A DNA stretch of 64,000 nucleotides from Candidatus Limnocylindria bacterium (lineage in GTDB: Bacteria; Chloroflexota; Limnocylindria; P2-11E): NCBI GenBank assembly GCA_038227105.1, contig JBBRQB010000001.1:22867-86866 (forward strand), in the 5' to 3' direction. Position 1 is the first letter of the stretch; each line of letters begins with the position of its first letter. The notes beneath the pieces are model-generated. The model had not been told where the DNA came from. It worked only from the letters and a program-made list of their open reading frames with translations, and ran no database searches. Made by a program: the position numbers and the translations under genes. Below, piece after piece: positions 60,656-64,000 of this stretch.

Positions 60656-62146
60656 TCAGTCTATCGCGGTCGCGACGGTCTCTTGATCGATCGCCGCTGC
60701 CTTGCGGCCGCGCGAGCGGACCGCGCGGATGAGCGGGATGAGCAACAGGATGAACGCGAGGGTCATCAGCGTCGCCGACAGCGGGCTACTGAAAAAGATG
60801 AGCGGGCTGCCGCCGCTCGCGATGAGACTCTGCCGCAGCGTTCGCTCCGTGGAGTCGCCCAGGACGACCGCGACCACGAGCGGCGCCAGCGGGTACTTCG
60901 TCTTCCGCAGCCAGTACCCGATCAGGCCGAACACGATCGTGACGAACACGTCGAGCATGCTGTTGTTCAGCGAGTACGAGCCGATCACGGAGATGAGCAC
61001 GATGAACGGCGTCAGGATCGCGTAGGGGATCCGCATGATCGAGGCGAGCAGCGGCACGGCCGCGAGACAGATGAGGAAGGTCAGCAGGTGCCCGACGTAG
61101 ATGCTCGCGATCAGGCCCCACACGAAGTCGTGGTGCTCGACGAAAAGGAGCGGGCCCGGCTGCAGTCCCCAGATGAAAAGACCGGCCATGATCACGGCGG
61201 AGGTCGGTGAGCCGGGCACACCAAGCGCGATCATCGGAACGAGCGAGCCGACGGCCGCGGAATCGGCGGCGGCCTGCGGCGCCATGATCCCCGAGATCTC
61301 GCCTTTGCCGAAGTCCTCCTTGTTCTTTGACCACTGGCGCGCGAGGCCGTAGCCGAGGAACGAGCCGGCGGTCGCGCCGTGGCCCGGCAGCGTGCCGAAC
61401 CAAAACCCGATGATGGATGTCGAGATCACGAGCCAGATGCGCTTCTTCAGCTCGCCGAGCGTCTCGACGATGTCGCCGAAGCCGACCTTCGCGGACAGCC
61501 GCTCGACGAACCCGATGCCTTGCTCCTCGGCCGACGCGATGATCTCGCCGATGCCGAACAGGCCGATCGTCACGGGGACGAATCCGATCCCAGAGAGGAG
61601 GCCGATCTGCCCGAACGTCAGGCGGGGCTGACCGGTGATCGTGTCGAATCCGATCGAAGCGAGGAGCAGCCCGAAGCCGATCATCATGATGGCCTTCGCC
61701 GGTGATTCGGCGCCCAGACCGATCAGGGTCGCGAACGACATGATGAAGACGGCGAACAGCTCTGGCGGCCCGAACGACAGCGCAAAATCCGCGATCGCAC
61801 GGGCGAAGAACGTGAACAGCACCGTGGCAATGAATGCGCCGACGAACGACGCGAAGAACGACGAGGCCAGAGCGACACCGGGTTTGCCCTTCTTTTTCGC
61901 CAACGGGAAGCCGTCGAACAGCAGGACGACCGACCATGGCTCCCCGGGGATGTTGAACAGGATCGACGTCACGACGCCGCCGAAGAGCGCGCCCCAGTAC
62001 ACGCCGGCGAGGAGGATCACCGCGCTCGTCGGGCTGGTACGCGCGATGATCACGGTGATCGGCAGCAGGATCGCGACGGCGCTCGTGCCGCCCAGCCCCG
62101 GGAGCACGCCGACCACGAGGCCCAGCACGATCCCGATGAGGAGCAT
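60656..62146 (-). CDS. tctA: Tripartite tricarboxylate transporter permease TctA
   Basis: ..LLIGIVLGLVVGVLPGLGGTSAVAILLPIT.. and length are typical of TctA. In-frame homology (IEFFNVIGDLAGGFGTALQPFNIL) extends upstream to about 62206 without ATG/GTG/TTG, but GAGGGAG-N7-ATA is present. Confidence 0.82.
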   Translation of the reverse strand: MLLIGIVLGLVVGVLPGLGGTSAVAILLPITVIIARTSPTSAVILLAGVYWGALFGGVVTSILFNIPGEPWSVVLLFDGFPLAKKKGKPGVALASSFFASFVGAFIATVLFTFFARAIADFALSFGPPELFAVFIMSFATLIGLGAESPAKAIMMIGFGLLLASIGFDTITGQPRLTFGQIGLLSGIGFVPVTIGLFGIGEIIASAEEQGIGFVERLSAKVGFGDIVETLGELKKRIWLVISTSIIGFWFGTLPGHGATAGSFLGYGLARQWSKNKEDFGKGEISGIMAPQAAADSAAVGSLVPMIALGVPGSPTSAVIMAGLFIWGLQPGPLLFVEHHDFVWGLIASIYVGHLLTFLICLAAVPLLASIMRIPYAILTPFIVLISVIGSYSLNNSMLDVFVTIVFGLIGYWLRKTKYPLAPLVVAVVLGDSTERTLRQSLIASGGSPLIFFSSPLSATLMTLAFILLLIPLIRAVRSRGRKAAAIDQETVATAID

Positions 62147-62269
62147 GAGGATGTTGAAGGGCTGCAGGGCCGTGCCGAAACCACCTGCCAGGTCGCCGAT
62201 GACGTTGAAAAACTCTATCTGTCCACTCCCTCGATTACTTGATCACCCGTGCCGACCCGTTTCAAGTGT

Positions 62270-62803
62270 TCAAAACGGGACCAGCCCCTCGGTGAGGTCA
62301 TACAGGAAGCTCTTGGGGAGTGAGACGCGAAAGCCGAGCTCGAAGGTCGCGTAGATCGCCGCGGGCATGAGGACCATGATCGCCACGACCCAGATCCATC
62401 GGTAGTGGCCGATCCACCTGGCGAAGAGACCCATGTACAGGGCGGCGACGATGTAGAAGCCGAGTGGAATGATGAGTGCCGTCATCACGAGCATCGGGAT
62501 GATGAGCTTCAGCGCAGCGAAGAGCGCGTTCCGGTCCTCGAATGCAGCCGTCCCGGGTTGCGGTGTGCGCCATGAGCGGTACCCGACGAACGCGGCGCAC
62601 GCCAAGACGAGTGCCGCAGACCAGAAGGGGTAGAAGCCGGCGCCGATGCCGCCGGGTTGCGTACCGGTCGGGTCAACGAGCGCGCCGGCCCGAGAGTCGA
62701 ACATCGCGACGGCGGCCAACACCACAAATGCAACCGCCGTCGCGACCTGATACGGCCTCAAGCTGCTACTGGATCCAGTTGAACTGCTTGGCGATGTCCT
62801 CAT
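62270..62803 (-). CDS. tctB: Tripartite tricarboxylate transporter small membrane subunit TctB
   Basis: 4-TM small protein, ..YPFWSAALVLACAAFVGYRSW.. ..LIIPLGFYIVAALYMGLFARWIGHY..; start uncertain because the listed start overlaps tctC by 38 nt. Confidence 0.7.
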   Translation of the reverse strand: MRTSPSSSTGSSSSLRPYQVATAVAFVVLAAVAMFDSRAGALVDPTGTQPGGIGAGFYPFWSAALVLACAAFVGYRSWRTPQPGTAAFEDRNALFAALKLIIPMLVMTALIIPLGFYIVAALYMGLFARWIGHYRWIWVVAIMVLMPAAIYATFELGFRVSLPKSFLYDLTEGLVPF

Positions 62804-63809
62804 GGAGCTTCTGGTAGTCGGCGATGAGCTTGTCGAAGTCCGCGCCGGAGCGGAAGTCGGGCTTCAGCTCGTTGTCGACCATGAACTTCTTCCAGTCGTC
62901 GGAGTCGTAGACCTTCTTGAACACGTCGACCCAGAAGGCCCGCTGACCGGCCGAGAGGCCGGGCGGCGCCATGATCGAACGCACGATGTAGTAGTCGGAG
63001 ATCGCGAGGCCCTGCGAGGTGCAGGTCGCGAGGCCCGAGTACGTGCCGCTCGTCGGGCTTGCCGGCTCGAAGGTGCAGAGCGGCCGCATCTTGCGCGGCG
63101 ATCCCGTGTAGAGACCCTTGCCCTCGCTCGGGTTGTTGACGGAGGCGACGACGCCGCCCTGATGCCCGGCCACGGCCGCGGCGACCGTCGAGCCGGACGC
63201 GGACGGGACGTACTTGAAGGGCTTGAGGCCCGCCGTCACCTGGATGCGGTCGAAGAGCGCCTCATCCTCCTGCTTGGATCCGGTGCCCGTCACGACGAGC
63301 GAGTCCGCCTTCCCCGCTGTGATGAAGTCCTGGGCGTTCTTCCACGGGCTGTCCTCGTTGACCCAGAGGTAGAACGGATCGAGCGCGAGGTTGGCGATCG
63401 GCGTGAAGTCCGTCGCCTTGTACGGCAGCTTCTGCACGATGAGCGTCGTGAAGAAGGAGTTGAGCGTGATCGTGATCTCGCTCGAGTCACCCTTCTTGTC
63501 GTACACGTACTGGAACGCGACGGCGCCGGAGCCGCCCTCCTTATTGACCGGCGTCACCGGCTGCGGCGAGAGCTTGAGCGTGTCGATGATCGATTGCATC
63601 TTCCGCGCGTAGATGTCCGAACCGCCACCCGGCGCGGTGCTGATGATGAATTCGACGGGCTTCGTTGGCGGCACGAGCGCGACCGCCGCGGCGCCCGACT
63701 TGGCCGCAGAGGGTGCGGCCGTCGCGCCTCCGCCTGTCCCGCCGCACGCCGCCGCGACGATGAGACCCGCGACCGCCAGAGCGATCTGCGTTCCGACTCG
63801 ATTGCGCAT
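62766..63809 (-). CDS. tctC: Tripartite tricarboxylate transporter substrate-binding lipoprotein TctC (Bug family)
   Basis: ATG 63809 preceded by GGGAGG. MRNRVGTQIALAVAGLIVAAACGG lipobox; ..FIISTAPGGGSDIYARKM.. ..NKEGGSGAVAFQYV.. are TctC-family motifs. Confidence 0.82.
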   Translation of the reverse strand: MRNRVGTQIALAVAGLIVAAACGGTGGGATAAPSAAKSGAAAVALVPPTKPVEFIISTAPGGGSDIYARKMQSIIDTLKLSPQPVTPVNKEGGSGAVAFQYVYDKKGDSSEITITLNSFFTTLIVQKLPYKATDFTPIANLALDPFYLWVNEDSPWKNAQDFITAGKADSLVVTGTGSKQEDEALFDRIQVTAGLKPFKYVPSASGSTVAAAVAGHQGGVVASVNNPSEGKGLYTGSPRKMRPLCTFEPASPTSGTYSGLATCTSQGLAISDYYIVRSIMAPPGLSAGQRAFWVDVFKKVYDSDDWKKFMVDNELKPDFRSGADFDKLIADYQKLHEDIAKQFNWIQ

Positions 63810-63851
63810 GCGCCTGACCTCCCGCTGTTCCTCTCCGGGGCCTCTCGATGC

Positions 63852-63878
63852 TGGTCTGACCACACCACCGGTCAGACC
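63852..63878. promoter_or_regulatory. Perfect inverted repeat GGTCTGACC-N8-GGTCAGACC immediately upstream of tctC; candidate operator
   Basis: Seen directly, 43-70 nt upstream of the tctC start codon. Confidence 0.3.
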
Positions 63879-64000
63879 GGCGGCATCGTATGCCTGCCAT
63901 TCGGGGCGGGCAATACACCGGAAGTACGGCGCCTCGGCGGCTGCGGACCGGACGGTGGCAGAATGAGCGGCGTCATGGTGAAGGAGCTGGACCGGCCGGC

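Overview
This is a high-GC (about 70%) window from an Actinobacteria-like chromosome. The assignment rests on F420/LLM-type enzymes, a homodimeric-type AceE, EttA, and MEDS and LuxR proteins. Every call below was made by eye from the sequence and the six-frame track; I ran no searches. Most of the window is core metabolism and transport: a MoaA, PepN and EttA block, a sugar ABC transporter with no ATPase gene, aceE, an rpsF-ssb-rpsR block, a three-gene 2-oxoacid:ferredoxin oxidoreductase cluster with a GntR regulator, a BMP-family nucleoside-type ABC transporter, a CaCA antiporter, a TctCBA tripartite tricarboxylate transporter, and a homocitrate-synthase / archaeal-type (homo)aconitase cluster. 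The clearly accessory segment is about 25.8-33.2 kb. It starts at a tRNA-Cys whose 3' half is repeated 2.3 kb downstream (att-like 50-bp direct repeats), enclosing an integrase-less islet that carries TetR, SnoaL-like and NmrA-like genes. Immediately after it, a large adenylate-cyclase / STAND-ATPase / TPR regulator (Rv0386-like) is split by an IS481-family element, which is itself split by an intact IS110-family element. The strongest candidates for undescribed biology are two gene pairs or clusters. One is a dCache+HAMP sensor with no output domain, translationally coupled to a TPR-like protein, with a convergent rhomboid protease. The other is a HEAT-repeat membrane protein, a processive GT2 synthase and a lipoprotein, with a second HEAT-repeat protein convergent to them. 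Smaller oddities are a class-I-length tRNA with a UAA anticodon, a frameshifted F420 (DUF385) gene, an S18 with long low-complexity extensions, and three consecutive genes whose conserved N-termini extend upstream of any canonical start codon. I found no CRISPR arrays, rRNA genes or recognisable defence nucleases.
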